Positions 18,803 to 27,756 of a stretch of DNA of 64,000 nt are shown here, one piece after another. Source of the stretch: a virus. Within the stretch, counting starts at the first letter, position 1; the number at the start of each line of letters is the position of its first letter. Below the pieces are notes generated by a model. The model worked only from the letters and a program-made list of their open reading frames with translations. It made no database searches and was not told the DNA's origin. A program made the translations under genes and the position numbers. The stretch lies in the IMG/VR virus record IMGVR_UViG_3300013005_000034, positions 1-64,000 of that record; one strand, 5' to 3'.

Positions 18803-19996
18803 ATGAAAAGACAAACCACCCTCGCAGAATTGGTAACGGAGTTGAAAGACCAAAATCTGCAAAAAAAAGATTTCGTAGTTCCTGCAAATCTTTTATCAAT
18901 GGAAAATGGAAAATTAGTAGTGAACAATTATAGTTCAAACGATTCTCTACAAAAGATACTTACAGAAGTAGGTATTCAATCAGAGGATTCCAATAAACTA
19001 ATTTTAAATTGCTTACCTGTAATTCATCAAAACTTATCAGATAAATGCGATATTCCTCGTAAATACTATAATCGTATTCAAGGACTAAAAGACCAAACAC
19101 TAATTGATACAAATGTTACTCATTGGTTAAAATCCATGAAAGGAAATGTTTTTTTAAGAACATTTATTGACAAAGATGAACAAAATGGATTCGCAAGAGC
19201 ATTACTTTCAGATAGATATAACGTAATTGATAACTTTGATGTTTTATTAGCTACACTTGAAGCAGTTAAGAATAGTGGATTAAACTTAAAGATTGAAGAT
19301 AACGGTTGTGATTTATCAGAATCTAAAATGTATGTAAGATTTGTTGCTCCTGAAATTGAAATTAACGCACCCGATTTATTAAAAAACTACAAAAATCCAA
19401 AAGGTAATAGTAATGTAGGTGATGGTATTATTACTGGATTTGTTGTTACTAATAGCGAAATAGGGCAAGGTTCATTTAATATCAGTCCAAGAGCTGTTAT
19501 ATTAAAGTGCCAAAACGGAATGGTATTTAAAAATGATGCCTTTGGTAAAATTCACTTAGGTTCAAAAATGGAACAATATTCTCAAATTGATTGGAGCGAA
19601 GAAACTAAAAGAAAAAATTACGAGTTAATTCAGGCGCAAGTAAAAGATGCGGTTAAGAAATTCACAAGCGAAGATTTTTTAGCACAAAAAATAAGTGAAT
19701 TAAACGAATATGCTGAAATTGAATTAAAACATCCTATTGAAACAGTTAAGAATGTTAGCAAATTATTAAACATTACCGAAGAAAAAGAAAAAAGTATTCT
19801 TGACTTCTTTATGAGAGGTGGCGATTTTAGTTACATGGGAGTAAGTCAGGCATTAACATTCTTTGCTCACGAAACAAAAGATGCAGACGAAGCTCACGAT
19901 TTAGAAACAACAGCTATTGAAATTTTACCAAAAATTAAAGAGTTGGATAAACCCTCTGTTTCAAAATCAGTTAAAACTCAAATGAGTTTAAATTAA
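18803..19996 (+). CDS. DUF932-family protein
   Basis: RALLSDRYNVIDN, NSEIGQGS, CQNGM motifs. Confidence 0.75.
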   Translation: MKRQTTLAELVTELKDQNLQKKDFVVPANLLSMENGKLVVNNYSSNDSLQKILTEVGIQSEDSNKLILNCLPVIHQNLSDKCDIPRKYYNRIQGLKDQTLIDTNVTHWLKSMKGNVFLRTFIDKDEQNGFARALLSDRYNVIDNFDVLLATLEAVKNSGLNLKIEDNGCDLSESKMYVRFVAPEIEINAPDLLKNYKNPKGNSNVGDGIITGFVVTNSEIGQGSFNISPRAVILKCQNGMVFKNDAFGKIHLGSKMEQYSQIDWSEETKRKNYELIQAQVKDAVKKFTSEDFLAQKISELNEYAEIELKHPIETVKNVSKLLNITEEKEKSILDFFMRGGDFSYMGVSQALTFFAHETKDADEAHDLETTAIEILPKIKELDKPSVSKSVKTQMSLN

Positions 19997-20010
19997 TAAT
20001 TTAGGAAATA

Positions 20011-20040
20011 AAAAAAGGGGGAAATCACGCCCCCTTTCTA
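20011..20040 (+). terminator. Probable intrinsic terminator
   Basis: aaaggggg-aaatcacg-cccccttt hairpin after the DUF932 gene. Confidence 0.55.
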
Positions 20041-20150
20041 AACCAAAGACACTATGTCAAAATAACACTAACGCCACAATAGGCGATACTAAATTATAAA
20101 TTAAATAAACAATTAATTAATTTTTATATTATACAACTAAATTGTAAAAA

Positions 20151-21038
20151 ATGAACATCAGTCAATCACTACTAAAATCCCTATTAGATTATCGTAATGG
20201 AAAAGAATGTGGATTAATATTTAAGGCAAAGTATATAGATGGAAGATACGATTTATTTCCTCCCTCCGATGCACAAAATGTAGGTGCATGGTTTGAATAT
20301 ATGGCTACTGGTAGCATACCTAAAAATGGTATAGTGCCAAAAGCAGAATATATGAAAAGAGGTAAAGATGAAAATGGCAACCCTGAACTTACTGCCGATT
20401 ATCGCTTAATGAGAGAACATATAGATAATTTCAAAAAGAATATGGAGAGTTACTCATTAGATATTATTACAGCAGGAGAAGATATTAAAGTTTTATATCC
20501 TAATTCTTTAGAAGAATATGGAGAAGAAGTTTATTTAACAGGAACTCTTGATGTAAGAGCAAGAGCAAATAAAGATATTTTTGCTAAATACCAAGATACT
20601 ATCGTTAAGGTAGCTTCAAAAGATGAAGAAGTTATTATTGATATTAAAACGACTGGATTGTTAGACGATAAATGGTCGGAAATGGGCTGGGAGATTAATA
20701 ATCTATCAAATAAAATTAAACTTGTTACTCAACCTGTTCACTATAAATTTATTGAGTATTTAAAAACAGACAAAGATGTACCTTTTATATTTATGTTGTT
20801 CAATTCTAAAAACTCAAAAGATGCAAGAATTATTGATTTTAAAGTTGATAGTTCATCTTTTGAAGAACATAAAGCGTTTATTGAATCGGGAGTTGAAAAT
20901 ATGTTGCATTTGAGAAAATATGGTTTCAAAGCGTTGCCATCACTTGAAAAATGTTCAAAATGTCCTTTGAATACTGATTGTAAGTTTAAAGCAGAAATTT
21001 CGCCAATAACTATATTTTATTTTGCTCATCAGGTTTAA
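20151..21038 (+). CDS. PD-(D/E)xK (RecB/Cas4-like) exonuclease
   Basis: GTLDV...IIDIKTT and C-terminal CSKCPLNTDC. Confidence 0.75.
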   Translation: MNISQSLLKSLLDYRNGKECGLIFKAKYIDGRYDLFPPSDAQNVGAWFEYMATGSIPKNGIVPKAEYMKRGKDENGNPELTADYRLMREHIDNFKKNMESYSLDIITAGEDIKVLYPNSLEEYGEEVYLTGTLDVRARANKDIFAKYQDTIVKVASKDEEVIIDIKTTGLLDDKWSEMGWEINNLSNKIKLVTQPVHYKFIEYLKTDKDVPFIFMLFNSKNSKDARIIDFKVDSSSFEEHKAFIESGVENMLHLRKYGFKALPSLEKCSKCPLNTDCKFKAEISPITIFYFAHQV

Positions 21039-21173
21039 TATATTATGTTTGTATCGCACAATTCAACTAAAATGAAATTACAAAAAAAATATTTAAAAAA
21101 AACCTTTAAGCAAGTAGGAATCCTCTATTTTTAGTTGATTGTGCAACCTACTTGCGAGAAGGGATTTTTAATC

Positions 21174-21986
21174 ATGGAAACATCATTAATTATTGAAATT
21201 TCATCTTTGCCTTGTATAGATGATAAAAGAGGGCGTTATAGAACAATAGAATTATATCCAAAAATTAGTGGAATTTATAAAATAACATCTCCTAATGGCT
21301 CTATTTATATTGGTTTATCAAATGATATTTATTATAGGATTTATAGTTGTTATAAGAAATTAAGATGTAAGGCTCAACATAAAATATATAATTCTTTAAT
21401 TAAATATGGTATTGATAATCATAAATTTGAAATTATTCATATTGTTGAAAATTTTGAAGAATATGAGAAAATTAAAATTTTAAGAAAATTAGAAATAGCT
21501 TATATACAAAAATATAATTCATTTTATGGAAATAATAATTTTGGAATGAATTTAACAAAAGGAGGCGAAATAATTGAATTAACAGATGAAACTAAAAAAA
21601 TAATGAATGATAAGAAAAAAGGTAGGATTGTTTCCCAAGAAACAAGAGAAAAGTTAAGGAAAATAAATTTAGGTAAAAAATTATCACAAGAACATAAAGA
21701 TAAAATTAGTATATCTCATAAAGGAAAAATTGTTTCAGAATTAACAAAAAAAAGATTAAGTGAATCTCACAAAGGAGAAAAACATAGTTTTGAACGAATA
21801 CAAAAAAAAATTGGAAGTAAACAAAATCCTGAAACAATAAAAAAAAGAATTGATAAGATTAGCGGTATTAATCATTGGACAAAAAAATATGGCGGTCATT
21901 CAGAGCAAACAAAGATAAAAATAAGTATATCACTCAAAGAAAGGCATAAAAAAATGTCTAATAAGAATGAAAAAAACACTAATTAA
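21174..21986 (+). CDS. GIY-YIG homing endonuclease with NUMOD3 repeats
   Basis: SGIYKIT...IYIGLS; repeated SQETREKL/SEQTKIKIS. Confidence 0.85.
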   Translation: METSLIIEISSLPCIDDKRGRYRTIELYPKISGIYKITSPNGSIYIGLSNDIYYRIYSCYKKLRCKAQHKIYNSLIKYGIDNHKFEIIHIVENFEEYEKIKILRKLEIAYIQKYNSFYGNNNFGMNLTKGGEIIELTDETKKIMNDKKKGRIVSQETREKLRKINLGKKLSQEHKDKISISHKGKIVSELTKKRLSESHKGEKHSFERIQKKIGSKQNPETIKKRIDKISGINHWTKKYGGHSEQTKIKISISLKERHKKMSNKNEKNTN

Positions 21987-22278
21987 AAGAAAAAAATTAA
22001 GTAAGAGTTTAAGAATAAAAATATTTGAGAGGGATAATTATGAATGTCAGTTGTGCTATGACAATTTAATAGATAAAAAAGATTTAAGAGTAATAGACCA
22101 TAAAATACCTCTTTCAAAAGGAGGCAGTAACTCAATATCAAATCTTTGGCTACTTTGTAATGATTGTGATAAAAGAAAGAAAAATAAATTGTTTCCTGAA
22201 TTGATGAAACAATACATAAAGGGTAAGTTAAATTATCTTTCTAATTTAAGATTTAATGGAAATCGTTATAATAAGTGA
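21967..22278 (+). CDS. HNH endonuclease
   Basis: RDNYECQLC...DHKIPLSKGG...NLWLLCNDC. Confidence 0.85.
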   Translation: MKKTLIKRKKLSKSLRIKIFERDNYECQLCYDNLIDKKDLRVIDHKIPLSKGGSNSISNLWLLCNDCDKRKKNKLFPELMKQYIKGKLNYLSNLRFNGNRYNK

Positions 22279-22504
22279 ATATGAAAATTTACCTTACATA
22301 GTTAAAAGCGAGAATGGAGAAATATATCAGTTAAGTTATTATGATACTAAAAAAAGAATTAAAAAATACAAAATATTAATACCTAAAGAGCATAACGGAA
22401 GTATGTATTATAGAATTAATAGTGAGAGATATTCAGATTATAGATTAAAAACAATTGAGATTAAAGTTTATAAAAGAATTAACCTAAATAAAATAAAAAA
22501 ATGA
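22256..22504 (+). CDS. Hypothetical protein
   Basis: ORF track. Confidence 0.6.
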   Translation: MEIVIISEYENLPYIVKSENGEIYQLSYYDTKKRIKKYKILIPKEHNGSMYYRINSERYSDYRLKTIEIKVYKRINLNKIKK

Positions 22505-22791
22505 AACCATTAAAAATCAAAGGAGTTAAATTAAAAAAAGGAGAAGAATTATTACATTATTATCCTTTTTGTTATTGCATAGCAAAATCTACTGAAAGTA
22601 GTGCTTTATTTGTAATACCTCCACAAAATAAAGGAACTGTTGCAGATAATGGTTATTTAAGCGTTTGTTTTGATTATAAATTATGTAAAGATGTAAAAGT
22701 AGGAGATTGGTGCGAAGTAGGTTATATAAGTGATTATAGTAAAGGAGAAAATAAAGTGCTTAAAATATTAAAATCTAAAAAAAATAAATAA
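22501..22791 (+). CDS. Hypothetical protein
   Basis: ORF track. Confidence 0.6.
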   Translation: MKPLKIKGVKLKKGEELLHYYPFCYCIAKSTESSALFVIPPQNKGTVADNGYLSVCFDYKLCKDVKVGDWCEVGYISDYSKGENKVLKILKSKKNK

Positions 22792-23023
22792 TATGAATAA
22801 AAAAATTAATATTATAGGAATCATTATTTTTTTATTTTCTCTTTCATATTTAACAATATACACTATGATTATTGATTTATATTATGGTATATCTATGGGA
22901 TTAATTTCAATTTTATTTATAATAATTATATTAAAAAGTAAAAAAAAGAAAAATGAATAAGTATGGAAAATAAAAATACTTTCTATGGGATTGAAATATT
23001 TAAAAACTAAAAAAAATAAAAAT

Positions 23024-23061
23024 AAATAAAAACAAACAAAATGAAAACAACAAAAACAAAA
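23024..23061 (+). repeat. 38-bp direct repeat, left of array 3 (second copy 25205-25242)
   Basis: aaataaaaacaaacaaaatgaaaacaacaaaaacaaaa at both sites. Confidence 0.7.
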
Positions 23062-23085
23062 ACAAAAATGAAAACAACAAAAAAA

Positions 23086-23313
23086 ATGGAACACAAAAAT
23101 TTGAATACAAAAGAAACCGCCAATAGCGATTTAGGTGCTGTTAGCGGTAGTTTGAGGGAACAATCTCTTGAATGGTTTTTCGCAAAAAGTGAAATTGAGA
23201 AACACGATTTAAAAGACAAACACTTTCCAAACACACCAATACAGCATAGTAGGCAATGGGGATTTCATTTCACTTTTGGTCAAATTGAGGAAATGTATGT
23301 TAAAGAACGGTAA
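23086..23313 (+). CDS. Cassette cargo with linker-derived N-terminus
   Basis: MEHKNLNTKETANSDLGA-V-SGS crosses the GTT at 23140. Confidence 0.7.
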   Translation: MEHKNLNTKETANSDLGAVSGSLREQSLEWFFAKSEIEKHDLKDKHFPNTPIQHSRQWGFHFTFGQIEEMYVKER

Positions 23314-23391
23314 CAAATTACCGCTAACGGTTTGCAAATATATTTCAGTTGCGGTAAAAATAATAATAACTTAATTAAATAAATAAAAAAA

Positions 23392-23946
23392 ATGGAAAAC
23401 ACAAAAAAAGCATACAAAGAAATATTTAAAGTCTTAAATAAATATAAAGATGTTATTGTTATTGATATTAAAACATTAGAGGAAAAATCAAAACTCCATT
23501 TATTTGGATTAGAATTAAAAGAAGTTTACGGACTTGAAATCAATGAGAAACGTATCAATAATATGCAATATCAGGAATTAAAAGACAACGTATATCTAAC
23601 TTTTATTGATAGCGAAACGAGAACTATAAGCTGGGAAGATAATGGCAAAAAACCAAAAGGAGAAAGTTTGATTAAGTTTAGTTATCCAACAGGAGCTTAC
23701 ATTTTTGGTGGAGATTATCCTACTGATTTTTTCCAAAAGTTTTTTTTAGAATTGAAATCATTTAATCCCGATTATTGCGATAGCGCCAATAAAAGCCTGT
23801 ATTTTAAATTGGAAAATGCAAAAGAAATATTTAATAGTTATGATTCAATAATAAAAAAATATTACGAATTAAACAAAGAAGATATTAAACAAAGACAGAT
23901 TTTAAAAATGAAAGCCGATTTAGAAAAATTAGAAGCAAGTAAGTAA
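23392..23946 (+). CDS. Hypothetical protein in a damaged cassette
   Basis: 184-aa ORF; right arm present, left arm missing. Confidence 0.75.
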   Translation: MENTKKAYKEIFKVLNKYKDVIVIDIKTLEEKSKLHLFGLELKEVYGLEINEKRINNMQYQELKDNVYLTFIDSETRTISWEDNGKKPKGESLIKFSYPTGAYIFGGDYPTDFFQKFFLELKSFNPDYCDSANKSLYFKLENAKEIFNSYDSIIKKYYELNKEDIKQRQILKMKADLEKLEASK

Positions 23947-24135
23947 CGCACCCACAGGCGGGGAGGGTTTTAAAACTTGTACCTAACGGTTTGTGTATAA
24001 AAAATCGTTTTAATGTTTTTTATACGCTGTTATAACCAGTAGGGATTATTAAGTACAAATGCTCATTCGGAGAAGTAAACAAAAAATTAAAACAAAAAAA
24101 GTGTAGGGAATAATTAATCAATTAAATAATAAAAA

Positions 24136-25008
24136 ATGACAACAGAAAAACAATTTGGCGACTTATCACATTTTGCAAAAAGAGATGTAGAACTTTTTAG
24201 AAGTTCAGACCAAAACGAAACCGCTATCTATTTTACGGAATTAGAAGATAAGCAAAGAGAAACTGCGAAAGCGTTTTTTGAAATACTGCGATTTGGCTTG
24301 GATGGTGGCGACCATCAAATATATGTTCGTTTCCCAAATACTGACCATTTTGTAGAAATGATTGGTGGTGGATTTGGTTCAGGTAGAGGGTATATGAAAG
24401 TAGCTGATGGTAAAAATGTTTGGGAGGATAAAAACAAAGCACCATTTAGAATCTATTCACATAATAAGGATTTACTTTTCATAATTGGTAGAACTGATTG
24501 GACTGGAGAATTTAATTTTATGACAAAAGTTGCAAGTTATGATAAAGGAAATCCATTCAATCATCCTTATCCTAATGAAACATTTGTGAATTTCAAAGAG
24601 ATTGAAAAAGCACTTTCAATGAAATATTTAAAGATACCTGAAAGTATAAGAAAGATTGAATATTGCTACAAAACTAAAGATACAACACCAAAATATTTTG
24701 TAGTGGATTATCCAGCTTACAATTTCAAATATGACAACCATAGATTTTTTGTGATTGAAAATGAACATATAAAAGAATTTGGGATTAAAAACTTTGTAAG
24801 ATACAAAGATGGTGGAACAACTATCATTACTGTAACCGATGAAAACGGAATTGAACACAAATTCTTTTCACCAACATCATTGCCTGAAAAAACGCTTTGT
24901 GAAAAGTGGGATAAAACTGAATTGATAGAAGCAAGTGAAACTGAAAAGCAAAAACTTACAGAACTTTTGAATTTGAATGTAGAACCAAATATAGTTGACA
25001 AAGAATAA
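24136..25008 (+). CDS. Cassette cargo, hypothetical protein
   Basis: 290-aa ORF inside a shell homologous to cassette 4. Confidence 0.8.
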   Translation: MTTEKQFGDLSHFAKRDVELFRSSDQNETAIYFTELEDKQRETAKAFFEILRFGLDGGDHQIYVRFPNTDHFVEMIGGGFGSGRGYMKVADGKNVWEDKNKAPFRIYSHNKDLLFIIGRTDWTGEFNFMTKVASYDKGNPFNHPYPNETFVNFKEIEKALSMKYLKIPESIRKIEYCYKTKDTTPKYFVVDYPAYNFKYDNHRFFVIENEHIKEFGIKNFVRYKDGGTTIITVTDENGIEHKFFSPTSLPEKTLCEKWDKTELIEASETEKQKLTELLNLNVEPNIVDKE

Positions 25009-25097
25009 TCATTTAGTCATTTGTGTGTGGATTTTTTTGTTTTAATTTTTTGAACGATAAAGTTAATTCGGAGCAGTCCACACCTATTGGTTATAAC

Positions 25098-25183
25098 TTA
25101 TTTATTTGCGCTACAATTAAGGAAATAAAAAGTTATTAACAATAGTATAATTATGTAAAATAATTACTAATTTTGACCACAAT
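25098..25183 (+). promoter_or_regulatory. Conserved array-terminal element, copy 3
   Basis: tttgcgctacaattaaggaaataaaaagttattaacaatagtataatt...taattttgaccac. Confidence 0.75.
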
Positions 25184-25248
25184 ACAGAAAATAAGAAGCA
25201 CGAGAAATAAAAACAAACAAAATGAAAACAACAAAAACAAAATAAAAA

Positions 25249-26064
25249 ATGAAAACAAAAATGAAAACAAAAATTGTAACATTAGCAATCGCATTAGTAT
25301 TAATTTTAACATCATGCGGAACACTTGTAGAGCCTAACTATGGTGGTGTATTAATGCAAAATTATGGAAAGAATGGTAAATCAGATTTTACCGAAGTTCA
25401 GGGGAGGGTATCAACTTGGGGTATGGGAACGGAATTGTATCAAGTGCCTATGTGGGAGCAAAGAGGACAAGTAGATGATACATTACATTTAATTTCTGCC
25501 GATAATAACGAAATTGAAGCATACCCTAAATATTCATATCAGGTAAACAAAGGTCGTTTAGTTGATGTAGTATTTGATAATAGACAATTAGGAAAGGGAA
25601 AAGAATTTTTATCATCTGTTGAAAGTAATTCTTTAGAACCAAGAATTTATGATATTATAAAAGAAGAAAGCCGTAAATATATTACTGATACCCTTATGTC
25701 TATTGGTGGTGCTTTAAAGTTTGAAAAGGATTGTGAGGCATTAGTTAGAAAAGCATTTGAAGATAAAGGTTTCAAACTATTAACTTTTGTCGCTCAACTT
25801 AAATATTCCGATAAAGTTCGAGAAAAGATTGACCAAAGATTAGAGGTTAATACAAACATATCGGTTATTGACCAACAAATAGCAGAACAAAAGAAAAAGA
25901 ATGAATTGGAAAAGTTAAGAACAGAGTTTATTCTTATTCAAAATCAGGCATTAACACAAGCATACCTACAAAACAAATGGCTTGACAAATGGGATGGTAA
26001 GTTAAGCACTTATAGTTCAAATGGTAATATGCCTATTCCAATGATTAATGCAAATCAAAAATAA
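25249..26064 (+). CDS. SPFH/band-7 domain lipoprotein
   Basis: Lipobox LTSC, VEPNYGGV, C-terminal coiled coil and KWLDKWDGKL. Confidence 0.8.
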   Translation: MKTKMKTKIVTLAIALVLILTSCGTLVEPNYGGVLMQNYGKNGKSDFTEVQGRVSTWGMGTELYQVPMWEQRGQVDDTLHLISADNNEIEAYPKYSYQVNKGRLVDVVFDNRQLGKGKEFLSSVESNSLEPRIYDIIKEESRKYITDTLMSIGGALKFEKDCEALVRKAFEDKGFKLLTFVAQLKYSDKVREKIDQRLEVNTNISVIDQQIAEQKKKNELEKLRTEFILIQNQALTQAYLQNKWLDKWDGKLSTYSSNGNMPIPMINANQK

Positions 26065-26292
26065 AATCATAATGAAAAAAATATTTAAAATAGCCATAAT
26101 CTTTTGTGTTATGGCTTTATGTTCCTGCGATTGCGAAGAACATAAATATAGAATAATATCAAATGGGGATGTTTATTTCTCAAATGAATACAAAAAAGAA
26201 GGCGACTGCATAAAGTTTACCAATTACGACAATGGTAAACTAACAATATGCGGTAACTATTCAATAGTAGAAACAATTTCAACACAATAACA

Positions 26293-26856
26293 ATGAAAAA
26301 TACAAAAAAACAAAAAACAAACTATCCATTGTATTATAAATACATAGGGGTTACAACAACAGAGGGTTTTACTAAAGATAGAATTTATAAAATTATAAAT
26401 CGAGAACATTTAGAAACACCTTGCAATTTCATAGATGATTATGGCAAAAAAAATGGACATTCAGGCAATAATCATAAATATTTTAAACCATCAACATTAA
26501 AAGCATTTATGCAACAAGAATCTTTAAATAAAAAAACAAGTATGAAAACAACAAAAAAAACATTAGTAAATACAGATACTAATGGAGCAAAGAAAAACGT
26601 AAAAGATATTCAGTTTTTCGGAGATGGCGATACTTTTAAATTAATTAGCAAAGCATCATCTGTTAAAGAAGGTTGGATGAAATCAACCAAAGCAATGCAA
26701 ATTGATACTGTTGGTTGTGTTGTTCAGGTTACTACACAGCAAGGTAATAATATTGCCGAAGCAGTTACTTTCGTTCCTAATGTAAAAATAAAGGAAACAA
26801 AAGATAAAGAGGGTAAAGTTATTTCAAGAAAACTAATAGCAATATATAATATTTAA
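26293..26856 (+). CDS. Hypothetical phage protein (GWMKSTKAM domain), possibly a two-gene fusion
   Basis: Internal MKTTKK start-like segment followed by a conserved-looking C-terminal domain. Confidence 0.65.
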   Translation: MKNTKKQKTNYPLYYKYIGVTTTEGFTKDRIYKIINREHLETPCNFIDDYGKKNGHSGNNHKYFKPSTLKAFMQQESLNKKTSMKTTKKTLVNTDTNGAKKNVKDIQFFGDGDTFKLISKASSVKEGWMKSTKAMQIDTVGCVVQVTTQQGNNIAEAVTFVPNVKIKETKDKEGKVISRKLIAIYNI

Positions 26857-26860
26857 AACA

Positions 26861-27481
26861 ATGGAACACAAAATTTTAAACACAGGAGATTATCTGATAA
26901 TAGTAGATGACTCAGAGATTAAAGAAGGTGATTGGATTAAACCAAACGCTTATAACACAATTATTAAAGCAACAAAAGTTCATACAACAGAATTTGTTCG
27001 AAGTGGTGTATTAAATGATTGTAAAAAAATCATAGCACACTTACCACTCAACAACTCACCAATACTTGAAGGTGTAATTCTTTTACCACCACTTGAAGAT
27101 GAGGTTGATAAATTTGAATCCTTTTTAGATAGAGAAATAGAATTAGGATTAAATACAAAAGAAACTATTGATAGAATAAAATGGTATTATCAACAATATT
27201 TCAAATCCAAACAGAAAAATTACACAGAGGAGGATTTGATGAAGGCGATTGATATGGCAAGAGAATACACTCCAGATGTAGTTGGATTTACAAAAGATGA
27301 AATCATACAATCCCTTAATCAACCCAAGATGCCTGTTAAGTTTGTGTGCGAGATGAAAAAAGATTATAGAAAAAATGATGATGGTGAACCAATAGGTTTA
27401 CCTGTGCATGAAACTTATAAACCTAAAACAACAACCAACTCACAAGGTATTATTCAATGGGTAGGGGAATATATTTATTAA
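26861..27481 (+). CDS. Paralogous family (IAHLPLNNSPILE...WVGEYIY), copy 3
   Basis: Shared N- and C-terminal blocks. Confidence 0.8.
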   Translation: MEHKILNTGDYLIIVDDSEIKEGDWIKPNAYNTIIKATKVHTTEFVRSGVLNDCKKIIAHLPLNNSPILEGVILLPPLEDEVDKFESFLDREIELGLNTKETIDRIKWYYQQYFKSKQKNYTEEDLMKAIDMAREYTPDVVGFTKDEIIQSLNQPKMPVKFVCEMKKDYRKNDDGEPIGLPVHETYKPKTTTNSQGIIQWVGEYIY

Positions 27482-27501
27482 ACAACTAAAAACAAATAAA
27501 T

Positions 27502-27756
27502 ATGAAAAAACAAACAGCAGTAGAATGGTTCATTGAGCAATTAACTAAAAATCCTCTACCTCAAAGTAAAGATGAATTTATAGATGGAGATTTAGTAGAT
27601 ATTATAAATAAAGCCAAAGAAATGGAAAAGCAGCAGATTATTGATGCTATTGTGGATACTCAAAAAGAGTATATTATCCAAGCAAGTTGTTATCCACCAC
27701 AATTTATTCTTGACAAAGCTTTTAATTATTATAAAGAAACATTTAAACAAGATTAA
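27502..27756 (+). CDS. KQTAVEW...KAKEMEKQQ family protein
   Basis: Motif shared with 28040..28297 and 2..148. Confidence 0.75.
   Translation: MKKQTAVEWFIEQLTKNPLPQSKDEFIDGDLVDIINKAKEMEKQQIIDAIVDTQKEYIIQASCYPPQFILDKAFNYYKETFKQD

Larger units (their letters stand above)
23140..25097 (+). mobile_element. Integron-like cassette array 3 (23140-23328, damaged unit to 23987, 24029-25097)
   Basis: Arms gttagcggtagtttg/caaattaccgctaac and gttataaccagtagg/cctattggttataac; linker 23985-24031. Confidence 0.8.

Noticed and set aside
20151-21038. cas4 as evidence of a CRISPR system
   Set aside because: Stand-alone PD-(D/E)xK exonucleases are common in phages, and there is no array or other cas gene
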